Counted from the first letter of the stretch, positions 38,364-47,482 are shown. The stretch is DNA of 64,000 nucleotides from a virus (IMGVR_UViG_3300034101_006325:128001-192000), one strand, 5' to 3'. Notes: generated by a model from the sequence alone, not told the origin. Numbers and translations: made by a program.

Positions 38364-38963
38364 ATGAAAACTTGTGCCATTGTAGGAAATTCTTCTTGTT
38401 TATTGGATAAAAGTTATGGAAGTTTTATCGATAGTCATGATGAAGTTATAAGATTTAACATGGCACGAACAAGAGGATTTAAAAAATATGTTGGAACAAA
38501 AACGACAATAAGATTTTGTAATCAACACATTGTTATGTCCAATTTTTCAGACGATTATTTAAAAGAACAGCTTAAAGTCTTTCCAGAATGGGACAATAAA
38601 GAAATTCTAACGTGGGAAAAACAAAAATTATTTTTTAAATATAGCAAAGAGCTTAAAGGAACAGAGCTTGAATCTCAGTTGTTTTCTAAAAACAATGAGA
38701 TTTACTACATAAGTGATTTAGAAATAATAAAATTAAAAAGAAAATTAAATGTAGAACCTACAATGGGGTTAGTGGGATTAGATTATGCTTTGACATTTTT
38801 TAGTACAATAAATTGCTTTGGTTTTGATTTTTATAAAAATCAAAACAGATCTTTTCATTATTTTGAAAAAACAATACCTTATAAATCTTGCCATGATCAT
38901 AAAGAAGAAAAGAAATTCTTCAAAGATGCTGAAGAATCAGGAAAGATAAAAATTTATAGATGA
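38364..38963 (+). CDS. GT29 sialyltransferase-like protein
   Basis: Sialylmotif L CAIVGNS...G..IDSHDEVIRFN...VGTKTT; S-like PTMGLVGLDYAL..FSTINCFGFDF; VS-like HDHKEE. Confidence 0.85.
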   Translation: MKTCAIVGNSSCLLDKSYGSFIDSHDEVIRFNMARTRGFKKYVGTKTTIRFCNQHIVMSNFSDDYLKEQLKVFPEWDNKEILTWEKQKLFFKYSKELKGTELESQLFSKNNEIYYISDLEIIKLKRKLNVEPTMGLVGLDYALTFFSTINCFGFDFYKNQNRSFHYFEKTIPYKSCHDHKEEKKFFKDAEESGKIKIYR

Positions 38964-39586
38964 AAATATTGATTCCTGCACGAATGGGATCCAAAGGATT
39001 CCCTAAAAAAAATAGAATTTTATTTGATTATACTGCTAGAATTATTCCTAAAGATTTCATTAAAAATACAGTAGTTTCGACAGATGACCCTGAAATTGTC
39101 AAAATGGCTGAATCTTATAATTTCTTAGTTCATCATCGATCAGAAGAATTATCAAGAGATGAAACTTCTACAAAAGAAGTAGTTGAATCTTTTTTAAAAC
39201 AAGAAATTATTGATGATAATTCAAAGTTAACAGCGCTTTTATATTTGACTTATCCGCAAAGAAAATGGGATGATGTTGTCAGAGCAAAAGAATTGATTGA
39301 TAGCTCTAAATCAAAATCTTTGCTATGTGCATTTGACATCGAGGCACATCCATTTTTAATGGCATTTGAAATGCCAGGTCATAGAGGAAAACAATTATAT
39401 AAACACAATTTATATAGAAGACAGGATTATCCTAAATGTTTTGAAATATCACATTTTGTATGTATGTTTTATGACGATGAAGTAAAAAATTTAAATAATA
39501 ATCTCTATAATGAAGACACATATTTTATGAAATGTAATAAAAAGGTAGATGTTGATCTACTAGAACATTTTTTAAAAATACAATGA
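38960..39586 (+). CDS. neuA: CMP-nonulosonate (CMP-Neu5Ac/KDN) synthetase
   Basis: LIPARMGSKGFPKKN, VVSTDD, LYLTYPQR, RRQD, DVD. Confidence 0.88.
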   Translation: MKILIPARMGSKGFPKKNRILFDYTARIIPKDFIKNTVVSTDDPEIVKMAESYNFLVHHRSEELSRDETSTKEVVESFLKQEIIDDNSKLTALLYLTYPQRKWDDVVRAKELIDSSKSKSLLCAFDIEAHPFLMAFEMPGHRGKQLYKHNLYRRQDYPKCFEISHFVCMFYDDEVKNLNNNLYNEDTYFMKCNKKVDVDLLEHFLKIQ

Positions 39587-40401
39587 AAAAAATTAAAATT
39601 ATTGCAGAAATTGGAATAAATCACAACGGCAGTGTTGAGTTGGCAAAAAAGATCATTGCAGTGTCTGCAGCAGCAGGCTGTGATTATGTTAAATTTCAAA
39701 AAAGAAACCCAGATGTATGTGTACCAGAAGATCAAAAATTAAAAGTTAGGTCTACTCCGTGGGGAGAAATGACGTACATTGACTATAAGAAAAAAATTGA
39801 ATTTGAAAAAGAACAATATGATGAAATTGACAAATTTTGCAAACAATTAGGCATTAAATGGTTTGCGTCTGCGTGGGATTTATCTTCTCTTGATTTTTTA
39901 AAAAGATATTCAGATGTTGTAAAGATTCCATCAGCACTTATTACAAATGAAGAACTTTTATTGAATGCAAGAAAAAAATTTGATTTTCTTTTAATATCAA
40001 CTGGCATGAGTACTGAGTCTGAGGTAGAAAATGCAGTTAAAATTTCAAATCCCGATGTAATTTTTCATACTAACTCAAGTTATCCTAGCAAAGTTGAAGA
40101 TTTAAATTTAAACTACATAAAACATCTAAAAAATAAGTTTAATAGAACGGTGGGTTATAGTGGACATGAATTTGGACTTGTTACAACATTTGCAACTGTA
40201 CCTTTGGGTGTCGAATGGATAGAAAGACATGTCACTTTAGATAGAGAAATGTGGGGATCTGATCAAAAATCATCTGTAGAACCATCGGGTATTTACAAGC
40301 TTGTCAAAGGAATACGGGATATAGAAAAATCATTAGGAAGTATTGGGCCAAGAGTAATTTGTAAAGAAGAATTAGAAAAGAAAAAATCACTTAGAGGTTG
40401 A
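39583..40401 (+). CDS. neuB: Nonulosonate synthase (NeuB family), no C-terminal SAF domain
   Basis: IAEIGINHNG, VKFQKR, KIPS, STGM, GYSGHE, IERHVTLD..MWGSDQ; 272 aa. Confidence 0.93.
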   Translation: MKKIKIIAEIGINHNGSVELAKKIIAVSAAAGCDYVKFQKRNPDVCVPEDQKLKVRSTPWGEMTYIDYKKKIEFEKEQYDEIDKFCKQLGIKWFASAWDLSSLDFLKRYSDVVKIPSALITNEELLLNARKKFDFLLISTGMSTESEVENAVKISNPDVIFHTNSSYPSKVEDLNLNYIKHLKNKFNRTVGYSGHEFGLVTTFATVPLGVEWIERHVTLDREMWGSDQKSSVEPSGIYKLVKGIRDIEKSLGSIGPRVICKEELEKKKSLRG

Positions 40402-40709
40402 ATGTGTTAATTTACGTAGATATTGATGAAACAATCTGCAATACGCCTGACGATAGAAACTATTTAAAGTCTACACCCATAAAAAAAAATATAAAAATTA
40501 TAAATTCTCTTCATGAAAAAGGCCATCAAATTGTTTATTGGACTGCAAGAGGAACAGTCACAGGAATTGATTGGTCAAATGAAACTATTAGACAGTTAGA
40601 CGAATGGGGTGTCAAAAGAACAAAAGTTCTTTTTGGAAAGCCAGCATATGATTTATTCATATGCGACAAAGCGATTAATTCAAATGTTTTTTTTAATTTA
40701 ACTCAATAA
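40398..40709 (+). CDS. Small HAD phosphatase (EcbF/BcbF capsule-biosynthesis-like)
   Basis: YVDIDETI (DxD), WTARG, GKP, DLFICDKA. Start may be GTG 40404. Confidence 0.8.
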   Translation: MNVLIYVDIDETICNTPDDRNYLKSTPIKKNIKIINSLHEKGHQIVYWTARGTVTGIDWSNETIRQLDEWGVKRTKVLFGKPAYDLFICDKAINSNVFFNLTQ

Positions 40710-40722
40710 GGCATATTAATTT

Positions 40723-41229
40723 ATGATCAAACTTTTACCGATGATGCAATTGGAAGAGCTAAATCTTCTCGAAAAATATCTTGATAAAGAAAAAGTGATT
40801 TGCGAATACGGCTCAGGCGGTTCTACAAATTGGCTTTCAGAAAGAACCAAATTTGTATATTCAATAGAACACAACAAAGAGTGGTATGATAAAACAAAAA
40901 GTAGTTTGTCAAATAGAGAAAATGTAGAAATTTTTTATGTCCCAAGTTTTAATTGGGACCCAAGCACCGAAGGAAATATTGATAGTTTTGAAAACTACAT
41001 TAATATGCCAGGAACTTTAAATATAGATTTTTCTTTCTTTTTAGTGGATGGCAGAGCTAGAGTTGACTGTTGCAGGTTTATATCAAAAAAATTTCCAACA
41101 GCTATTATTGCTTTTCATGACTATACCAATAGAGCAAATGATGTTGAGCACAATTATTCAAGAGTCTTAGAACATTTAACTTTAATTGAAACCTGTAAAA
41201 CTCTTGCAATTTTTAAAAAGAAAGTCTAA
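40723..41229 (+). CDS. SAM-dependent methyltransferase-like protein
   Basis: CEYGSGGST, SIEHNKEW, LVDGRAR, AFHDY. Confidence 0.7.
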   Translation: MIKLLPMMQLEELNLLEKYLDKEKVICEYGSGGSTNWLSERTKFVYSIEHNKEWYDKTKSSLSNRENVEIFYVPSFNWDPSTEGNIDSFENYINMPGTLNIDFSFFLVDGRARVDCCRFISKKFPTAIIAFHDYTNRANDVEHNYSRVLEHLTLIETCKTLAIFKKKV

Positions 41230-41286
41230 ATAAAATAAAAATTATTCTAATGAACTAAGAGACACAACCATCTTATATTTGAGTCA

Positions 41287-42102
41287 ATGGAATCAAATCT
41301 GTCATTAGAAACTTTACCTACAGGAAAACCTCATGTTTCATTTTCTGAGGTAAAGTTATGGAAAGAATGTTCTTTTAGACATCATCTTGTTCATGTCAAA
41401 AAAATTGATTTATCTAAGCCCTCGCCCGTTTTAGATTTTGGCACAGCTGTTCATGCTTCTTGTGAAAAATATCTTTTGACAAGAGAGATGGACTACCAAG
41501 TAGCTTTTAAACATTTGGACGATGCCTGGAAAAAACATGAAGGAATTGTAGAATTCAATGCTTTGTCATTGGAAAAAGCAAAGCAAGAAGCTACACAAAT
41601 TCTTTTAGAAGTGCCTGCTTTTCTCGACAAAGAATTTCCAGGATGGGAAGTCGTTGATGCTGAACATCAGCTTTATGAAGCAGTTGAAGGCCATCCTCAC
41701 GCTTTCAAAGGATTCATCGACGGAGTTATAAAAGCCAAAGGGAAAAGAGGTGAGACAATCTATTGGATTCTGGATTGGAAGACAACGATTAGAGGCTGGC
41801 TTAGAGAAAAAAGATCTGATGAAATGGTTAAGTCACAATTGGCACTCTATAAAAACTACTGGTGTCAAAAAAATCCTGAAATTCAATTTAAAGATGTCAG
41901 ATGCGGTTTCGTCCTTTTAAAAAAATCTGCAAAACCAGGAGAACATTGTGAACTTTTTTCTGTTTCACTTGGAGAAGTTCCTATTAAAAGGTCTTTAAAG
42001 GTCGTTAGCAATATGCTTACTTCTGTAAAGAGAGGTATTGCTTTGAAAAATAGAGACTCTTGTACTTATTGTGAATACAAAAATACCAATCATTGCACAT
42101 AA
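41287..42102 (+). CDS. PD-(D/E)XK nuclease, AddB/Cas4-like with Fe-S-type Cys
   Basis: VSFSEV...CS, FGTAVH, GFIDG, LDWKT, QLALY, C-terminal CTYCEYK..NHC. Confidence 0.85.
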   Translation: MESNLSLETLPTGKPHVSFSEVKLWKECSFRHHLVHVKKIDLSKPSPVLDFGTAVHASCEKYLLTREMDYQVAFKHLDDAWKKHEGIVEFNALSLEKAKQEATQILLEVPAFLDKEFPGWEVVDAEHQLYEAVEGHPHAFKGFIDGVIKAKGKRGETIYWILDWKTTIRGWLREKRSDEMVKSQLALYKNYWCQKNPEIQFKDVRCGFVLLKKSAKPGEHCELFSVSLGEVPIKRSLKVVSNMLTSVKRGIALKNRDSCTYCEYKNTNHCT

Positions 42103-42162
42103 TTTATTTTTGATAGCATTAATTTTTATTACAACTTTTAAAAAGTTGGTAATATAACGTGG

Positions 42163-43410
42163 ATGAAGAAAAAAACGATTTTAATGCTATCAGATCATCC
42201 TTTGTCTACTTCAGGCGTAGGCACACAGGCAAGATGGTTAATAACAGGTTTAATCAACACTGGTAAATATAGTTTTAGATGTTTTGGTGGTGCTGTTAGA
42301 CACGATAACTACGATCTTAACGTAGTAAGTCCTGATTTTGTCATTAAACCGACAAATGGTTTTGGTGATAGAAATCTTTTAAGAAAAACTCTAGCACAAT
42401 TAAAACCCGACGCTCTTCTTCTCTTTACGGATCCAAGATTTTTTATTTGGACTTGGGAAATGGAGGATGAGATTCACCAAGTCTGTCCTATTGCTTATTG
42501 GCACTTATGGGATAATGGACCTTGGCCGGAATTTAATAGGGCACTATACGCGTCCAATGATTTGATCAATTGCATTAATTATCCGACCTATGAGATGGTC
42601 AAAGAACGTTTTCCAGATAGGACAAATTATATTCCACATGCTGTCCCAAAGGATCTTTACTATCCTTTACCTGACGAAGAGGTAAAAAACTTTAAAAGAA
42701 ATCTTTTAGGCAAAGATAAAGAAGATCATTTTGTTGTGGGATATGTTAGTAGAAATGCCCGTCGAAAAATGCCAAGTGACATTATTGTTTCTTGGAAAAT
42801 GTTTATTGATGAGCTAAAGAAAAAGCATGGGCACACAAAAGCCAGTCTTGTCATGCATACAGAGCCTTTAGATCCGGAAGGACCTAACTTACATCATGTA
42901 TTAGATTCATTGGACGCGAAAGATCATGTTGTTTTTTCTAATAAACGTGTAAATTTTCAAGAAATGAATGTGATATACAACATATTCGATACAATCGTTA
43001 ATAGAAGCTCTAATGAAGGTTTTGGACTTCCTACACTAGAAACAATGATGTGTGGCAAACCAATTATTGCAATAAAGACAGGCGGTTTAACGAGACAAGT
43101 CGAAGATCCTGATACGGGTTTTCAACACGGCATAGCGTTGGAACCTGAAATAAAGTCTTTGGTGGGAAACCAAATGGTTCCTTACATTTATGAAGATTTC
43201 ATAAGCCACAAAACTTTGGCAGATGCATTTATGAAAATGTACGAAATGGGTCCTGAAAAAAGAAAAGAACTTGGACAAAAAGCAATGCAGCATGCGCACA
43301 AAAATTACAATATTGACAATATGATAAAAGATTGGGATTCTTCTTTGACCAAATTAATTGACAATTGGCAAGAAGGCAAAAACAAGAGATGGACGCACGA
43401 GGAGATTTGA
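42163..43410 (+). CDS. Glycosyltransferase family 4
   Basis: SGVGTQ, YVSRNARRK, NEGFGLPTLETMMCGKP. Confidence 0.88.
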   Translation: MKKKTILMLSDHPLSTSGVGTQARWLITGLINTGKYSFRCFGGAVRHDNYDLNVVSPDFVIKPTNGFGDRNLLRKTLAQLKPDALLLFTDPRFFIWTWEMEDEIHQVCPIAYWHLWDNGPWPEFNRALYASNDLINCINYPTYEMVKERFPDRTNYIPHAVPKDLYYPLPDEEVKNFKRNLLGKDKEDHFVVGYVSRNARRKMPSDIIVSWKMFIDELKKKHGHTKASLVMHTEPLDPEGPNLHHVLDSLDAKDHVVFSNKRVNFQEMNVIYNIFDTIVNRSSNEGFGLPTLETMMCGKPIIAIKTGGLTRQVEDPDTGFQHGIALEPEIKSLVGNQMVPYIYEDFISHKTLADAFMKMYEMGPEKRKELGQKAMQHAHKNYNIDNMIKDWDSSLTKLIDNWQEGKNKRWTHEEI

Positions 43411-43411
43411 A

Positions 43412-44584
43412 ATGAAAAAAGCAATTCTTAGAGGACCTTCTCTCACACAATCCGGTTATGGCGTTCATTGTAGACAAGTTGCATCTTGGCTCTTGTCAAA
43501 AAAAGATTGGGATGTCAAATTCCAAGCTCTGCCATGGGGAGATACCCCGTGGTTATTAAATGAAAAATCAAATGATGGTTTGATTGATAGAATTATGAAG
43601 AATACTGTGGACCTATCTGACAGTAATTCTAATTATGACATCTCCTTTCAATTACAGCTTCCTAATGAATGGGATCACAAACTTGCAAAATACAATGTTG
43701 GAATGACTGCAGGAATTGAAACTGATATTTGCAATCCTGTGTGGATAGACTGCTGTAATAAAATGGATTTAGTCATAGTTCCTTCAAAGCACGCAGAAAA
43801 TTCATTAAAAAATTCAGGAAAAATTAACACACCAATTCAAATAGTACCAGAATCGTTTTGCAATGAAATTTTAGACGAAACAAGCACAGATCTTTTGAAA
43901 AATTTCCCTACATTTAGCACAAATACTAATTTTCTGGTATTTGGACAGATTACAGGGGACAATCCCATGAATGATAGAAAGAATATTTTCTTCACTATTA
44001 AATGGTTTTGTGAAGTCTTCAAAGATGATCCTGATGTAGGTCTTGTAATAAAGACAAATATCGGTAGAAATACTCAGATTGATAAAAAGAAAACGTTAGA
44101 ATTGATGTCAATCATTGTAAAAGAATGCAGAAAAAGTCAATTTCCTAAAATTCATATTATTCATGGTGACATGACAGACAAAGAAGTTGCTGCGTTATAC
44201 AAGCATCCTCAGATTAATGGATTTATTTCCCTAACAAGAGGAGAGGGATATGGCCTACCCCTGTTGGAAGCAGCAGCTAGCGGGCTACCAGTTATTGCCA
44301 CAGGTTGGTCGGGACATATGGACTTTTTATCCCGAGGAAAGTTTATTGAAATAGACCACGATGTGAAAAAAATACATGCATCAAGAGCAGACAATAAACT
44401 ATTCATGCCTGAAGCAAAATGGGCTGAAGCAAATGAAGATGACTTCAAGAAAAAAATCGTAAAATTTAAAAATTCTCAAGCAAAACCCAAAGAATGGGCA
44501 AAAGAATTAGAATTAATCATTAAAGAAAATTATAGTCAGGAATCAATTTTTAAATACTATGACAAAGTAGTTGAAAATATATGA
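43412..44584 (+). CDS. Glycosyltransferase family 4-like
   Basis: TQSGYG, DRKNI, TRGEGYGLPLLEAAASGLPVI. ATG at 43412 with GAGGAG SD. Confidence 0.88.
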   Translation: MKKAILRGPSLTQSGYGVHCRQVASWLLSKKDWDVKFQALPWGDTPWLLNEKSNDGLIDRIMKNTVDLSDSNSNYDISFQLQLPNEWDHKLAKYNVGMTAGIETDICNPVWIDCCNKMDLVIVPSKHAENSLKNSGKINTPIQIVPESFCNEILDETSTDLLKNFPTFSTNTNFLVFGQITGDNPMNDRKNIFFTIKWFCEVFKDDPDVGLVIKTNIGRNTQIDKKKTLELMSIIVKECRKSQFPKIHIIHGDMTDKEVAALYKHPQINGFISLTRGEGYGLPLLEAAASGLPVIATGWSGHMDFLSRGKFIEIDHDVKKIHASRADNKLFMPEAKWAEANEDDFKKKIVKFKNSQAKPKEWAKELELIIKENYSQESIFKYYDKVVENI

Positions 44585-44883
44585 TTTTAATTTTATTGAC
44601 TGCCTTACTAATTTCTGTGAGTTCTCTTCTTTTTATAAGTGTCAAAAAAAATCTGGAATACATGGAGTTAATTGATGGGCTAGAAGAAAATTTAAAAGAT
44701 TCAATAGAATTATTAAACGAATACTATGTCAAAATAGACAAAAAATCAAAATTAGAACTTTTTTTGGATGAGCCAGTCACAAGAGAGCTGGTTGAAGACA
44801 TTAGGGGTTCAAAAAAAGCCGTTAAAAATGCGGCTGAAAAACTTTCTATTTACTTAGAAGAAACAGATGAAAATGACCAATGA
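44581..44883 (+). CDS. Hypothetical protein with N-terminal TM helix and coiled coil
   Basis: MILILLTALLISVSSLLFI followed by an acidic heptad region. Confidence 0.6.
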   Translation: MILILLTALLISVSSLLFISVKKNLEYMELIDGLEENLKDSIELLNEYYVKIDKKSKLELFLDEPVTRELVEDIRGSKKAVKNAAEKLSIYLEETDENDQ

Positions 44884-45610
44884 AATTAAGGCAGCAATAA
44901 AAAAGAGATCTGAAAAAAAGCAAGATCCTCTAAAGATGTATTTTAACTCCGACACCCATAATGCAATTGTTAAATTTCAAGAAGAAAAAAGCAAATTAGA
45001 AAAAGATAAAATTTATGTGCAAGAAATTTTACCTTCATTTGAAAAACTTGTTGAAAACTTAATCAACATTCATAAATTTACAGGCCTCTATGATACATAC
45101 GAAGACTTAAAAAATGATTGTGTTAATTTTTTATTTGAGACAATAACTAAATTTGATGCGTCTAGAGGCACAAATGCTTTTTCATATTTTAATGTTGTTG
45201 CAAAAAATTGGCTGATCATAAAAACAAAACAAAAGAATCAAAAAACAAAAAAGAATGTAAGTCTTGATGATGAAAATTCTTTAAGCAATCATGAAAAAGA
45301 AATGATTGATGATTATTATTCTGTTCCTTCTCAAGACTATCTTCTGGAAACATTTGGATCTTCTGACGAAATTTTAAAAATTCTTTATGAGATAAGAGGA
45401 ATTATAAAAACAGAGAATGAGTTATTGTGCATTAATTCGATCATAACAATTTTTGAAAATATCGATGACATTGACTTGCTCAATAAAAATGCTATACTCC
45501 TCTACATGAGAGAACTTTCAGGTTTTAGTCCAAAACAATTAACAACTGCAATGCAGTCTGTCAAAAAATATTATAAAAGAATAAAACATGAAAACTTAGA
45601 AAGAGACTAA
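44867..45610 (+). CDS. Phage sigma factor, T4 gp55-like (late transcription)
   Basis: Region-2-like DLKNDCVNFLFETITKFDASRGTNAFSYFNVVAKN. Lies upstream of the baseplate genes. Confidence 0.75.
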   Translation: MKMTNEIKAAIKKRSEKKQDPLKMYFNSDTHNAIVKFQEEKSKLEKDKIYVQEILPSFEKLVENLINIHKFTGLYDTYEDLKNDCVNFLFETITKFDASRGTNAFSYFNVVAKNWLIIKTKQKNQKTKKNVSLDDENSLSNHEKEMIDDYYSVPSQDYLLETFGSSDEILKILYEIRGIIKTENELLCINSIITIFENIDDIDLLNKNAILLYMRELSGFSPKQLTTAMQSVKKYYKRIKHENLERD

Positions 45611-45611
45611 G

Positions 45612-45977
45612 ATGAAACTTGAAGAAGGAATGATAGGGATTACAGAGATTAATCTCGAAGAAAAAGTCAGAGACTTTTCAAGTCTTCTGGATCAGATAGA
45701 CGGTCTTTCCGATAAAAAGAAAAAATTGTGGAAAGAAATATATGAAAATGCTGTGTACGATCGTCAAAATGCATACACGCTTTTCGTTAAATTAGTAAAA
45801 ATTGTTGAAGAAAAAAGCACAGAACATGCTATACACGGAAAATCTTTGTCATCTTACATTGAAAAGATGAGCAAAGCTAATGATCAGCTGATTAGACTAT
45901 CTGAATTAATAACAAAAGCTGATAAGTCTAATGATGAAATAGATGCAGAAGACATGTTTAAAAAAATTAATGGATGA
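45612..45977 (+). CDS. Hypothetical helical protein
   Basis: 121 aa ORF, 1 nt after the upstream stop. Confidence 0.6.
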   Translation: MKLEEGMIGITEINLEEKVRDFSSLLDQIDGLSDKKKKLWKEIYENAVYDRQNAYTLFVKLVKIVEEKSTEHAIHGKSLSSYIEKMSKANDQLIRLSELITKADKSNDEIDAEDMFKKING

Positions 45978-45983
45978 AATTAT

Positions 45984-47477
45984 ATGCCAACAATGTCAAA
46001 AGATACATTTTCACCATTACTTCCTGTAAATATTTCTCACGATCAATACGGAGATCTTGACTTAAAGCTAACAAACCATATTTCAGTACCACAACCAACA
46101 TTTTTTAAAGTTGTAGTATTAGAAGTAATTTCTGATCCTATTGTTTGTCAAGATGTTAAAAGATTAGACACATGGAAAAATATTCTTGGAGTTTCTAATT
46201 CTGTTTACGAAAAAATACTTCCAAGAAATACAATTATTGGTCAAAAAATTTTATCAGGAAAATCTCCGCTTGAGAGACCCATGTACATTTTTCCATTTTT
46301 TTCATCGCACTTGTCATTGCCATGTAAGCCTGGTGAAGTAGTTTGGGCCATGTATGAAGATCCCAATGCAAAAATTAAAGATATTGCTTATTGGCTTAGT
46401 AGAGTAGCAGAACCTCATCATGTAGATGATGTTAATCATACACATAGTCCTAGGCAATTGGACTCTTCATATTTTACTGGATTTAGAGAGAAAGTTGCAG
46501 GAACTGATACGATAGCCTACGAACTACAAAATTATCAAATGGCACAAACAATACAAGGCTCAAGAGCGCCATACGACGAAAAAACAAAATTTATTTCAGT
46601 GCCAGGAATTGATAGAGATGATATAATTTTTGAATCTTTAATAACAAAAATGGATGCATCACAGAGCTGCATTTTTGAATCAGTTCCAAGATTTAAAAAA
46701 AGACCAGGAGATGTAGCACTCGAAGGAAGCAATAACACTTTGGTCGTTCTTGGGACCAATAGAACAGATGTTGCTGCACTTTACCCACCTGGCCAACCTT
46801 CTCAGCAGTTTGATAAAGACAAATTTTCTGGTTGTATTGATATTGTTGCGGGCCGAGGAATGACGACTTCAACAGGTGGCACTCCTGTATCAACTACTAA
46901 TATACTAAGAGGAGACCCGATAAAGCAAGAAATTAATAAGTCTCTTAGAGAAGAAGAATTTACTCCAATGGAGGGAGATCCTGATTATGATTTAGACAGA
47001 AGTAGAATCCTCATTTCACAAAAAAATGTTGTCGATGCTGTCTTTTCAACTGATCCACATCTTTCTCTTCCTTCAGTTAATATGTCAGAAGGTAGTTCAA
47101 GAGCTTCTATTGCAATTAAATCTGATAAAATTAGATTAATAGCAAGGTCAGATATTTCTATTATCGTTACTGACTATGAAGAAGTAACAGAAAGTGATAA
47201 TTCTTCTGGTTATCTTAAGAGCAAATTTTCTTACGAAGAATGGGCTTCAATTACAATAAAAAGGGACGGAAATATAATTTTTTCTCCCGGTAAAAAAGGA
47301 TATATCAAACTAGGCGGAGATGATGCAAACAAGGCCCTTCTTTGCACAGATTTGCCTGCTACAGCGGATAATGGCAATGTAAGTTATTCTGAAGGAATTA
47401 TATCAACAGGAGCGGATAAAATAGGGACTGGTGCGCCAACTAATGGTACTTTTGCAACTAAGATTTTGGTCAAATAA
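45984..47477 (+). CDS. Baseplate spike/hub protein, gp5-like (OB-fold + beta-repeat C-terminus)
   Basis: LPCKPGEVVW...YW, GDVALEGSNN, IAIKSDKIRLIAR. Position before gp25 and gp6. Confidence 0.62.
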   Translation: MPTMSKDTFSPLLPVNISHDQYGDLDLKLTNHISVPQPTFFKVVVLEVISDPIVCQDVKRLDTWKNILGVSNSVYEKILPRNTIIGQKILSGKSPLERPMYIFPFFSSHLSLPCKPGEVVWAMYEDPNAKIKDIAYWLSRVAEPHHVDDVNHTHSPRQLDSSYFTGFREKVAGTDTIAYELQNYQMAQTIQGSRAPYDEKTKFISVPGIDRDDIIFESLITKMDASQSCIFESVPRFKKRPGDVALEGSNNTLVVLGTNRTDVAALYPPGQPSQQFDKDKFSGCIDIVAGRGMTTSTGGTPVSTTNILRGDPIKQEINKSLREEEFTPMEGDPDYDLDRSRILISQKNVVDAVFSTDPHLSLPSVNMSEGSSRASIAIKSDKIRLIARSDISIIVTDYEEVTESDNSSGYLKSKFSYEEWASITIKRDGNIIFSPGKKGYIKLGGDDANKALLCTDLPATADNGNVSYSEGIISTGADKIGTGAPTNGTFATKILVK

Positions 47478-47482
47478 AAATT

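Larger units (their letters stand above)
25079..44584 (+). other. Glycosylation island (about 24 co-oriented genes)
   Basis: Contiguous, often overlapping GT, methyltransferase and nucleotide-sugar genes. No flippase, polymerase or ABC exporter present. Confidence 0.9.

Noticed and set aside
41287-42102. CRISPR-Cas locus around the Cas4-like gene
   Set aside because: No cas1/cas2 and no repeat-spacer array; the intergenic gaps are all under 200 bp.
25079-44584. Bacterial O-antigen/capsule locus, meaning the window is chromosomal
   Set aside because: No export, polymerase or chain-length genes, and the flanks are phage replication, late-sigma and baseplate genes with continuous gene packing.
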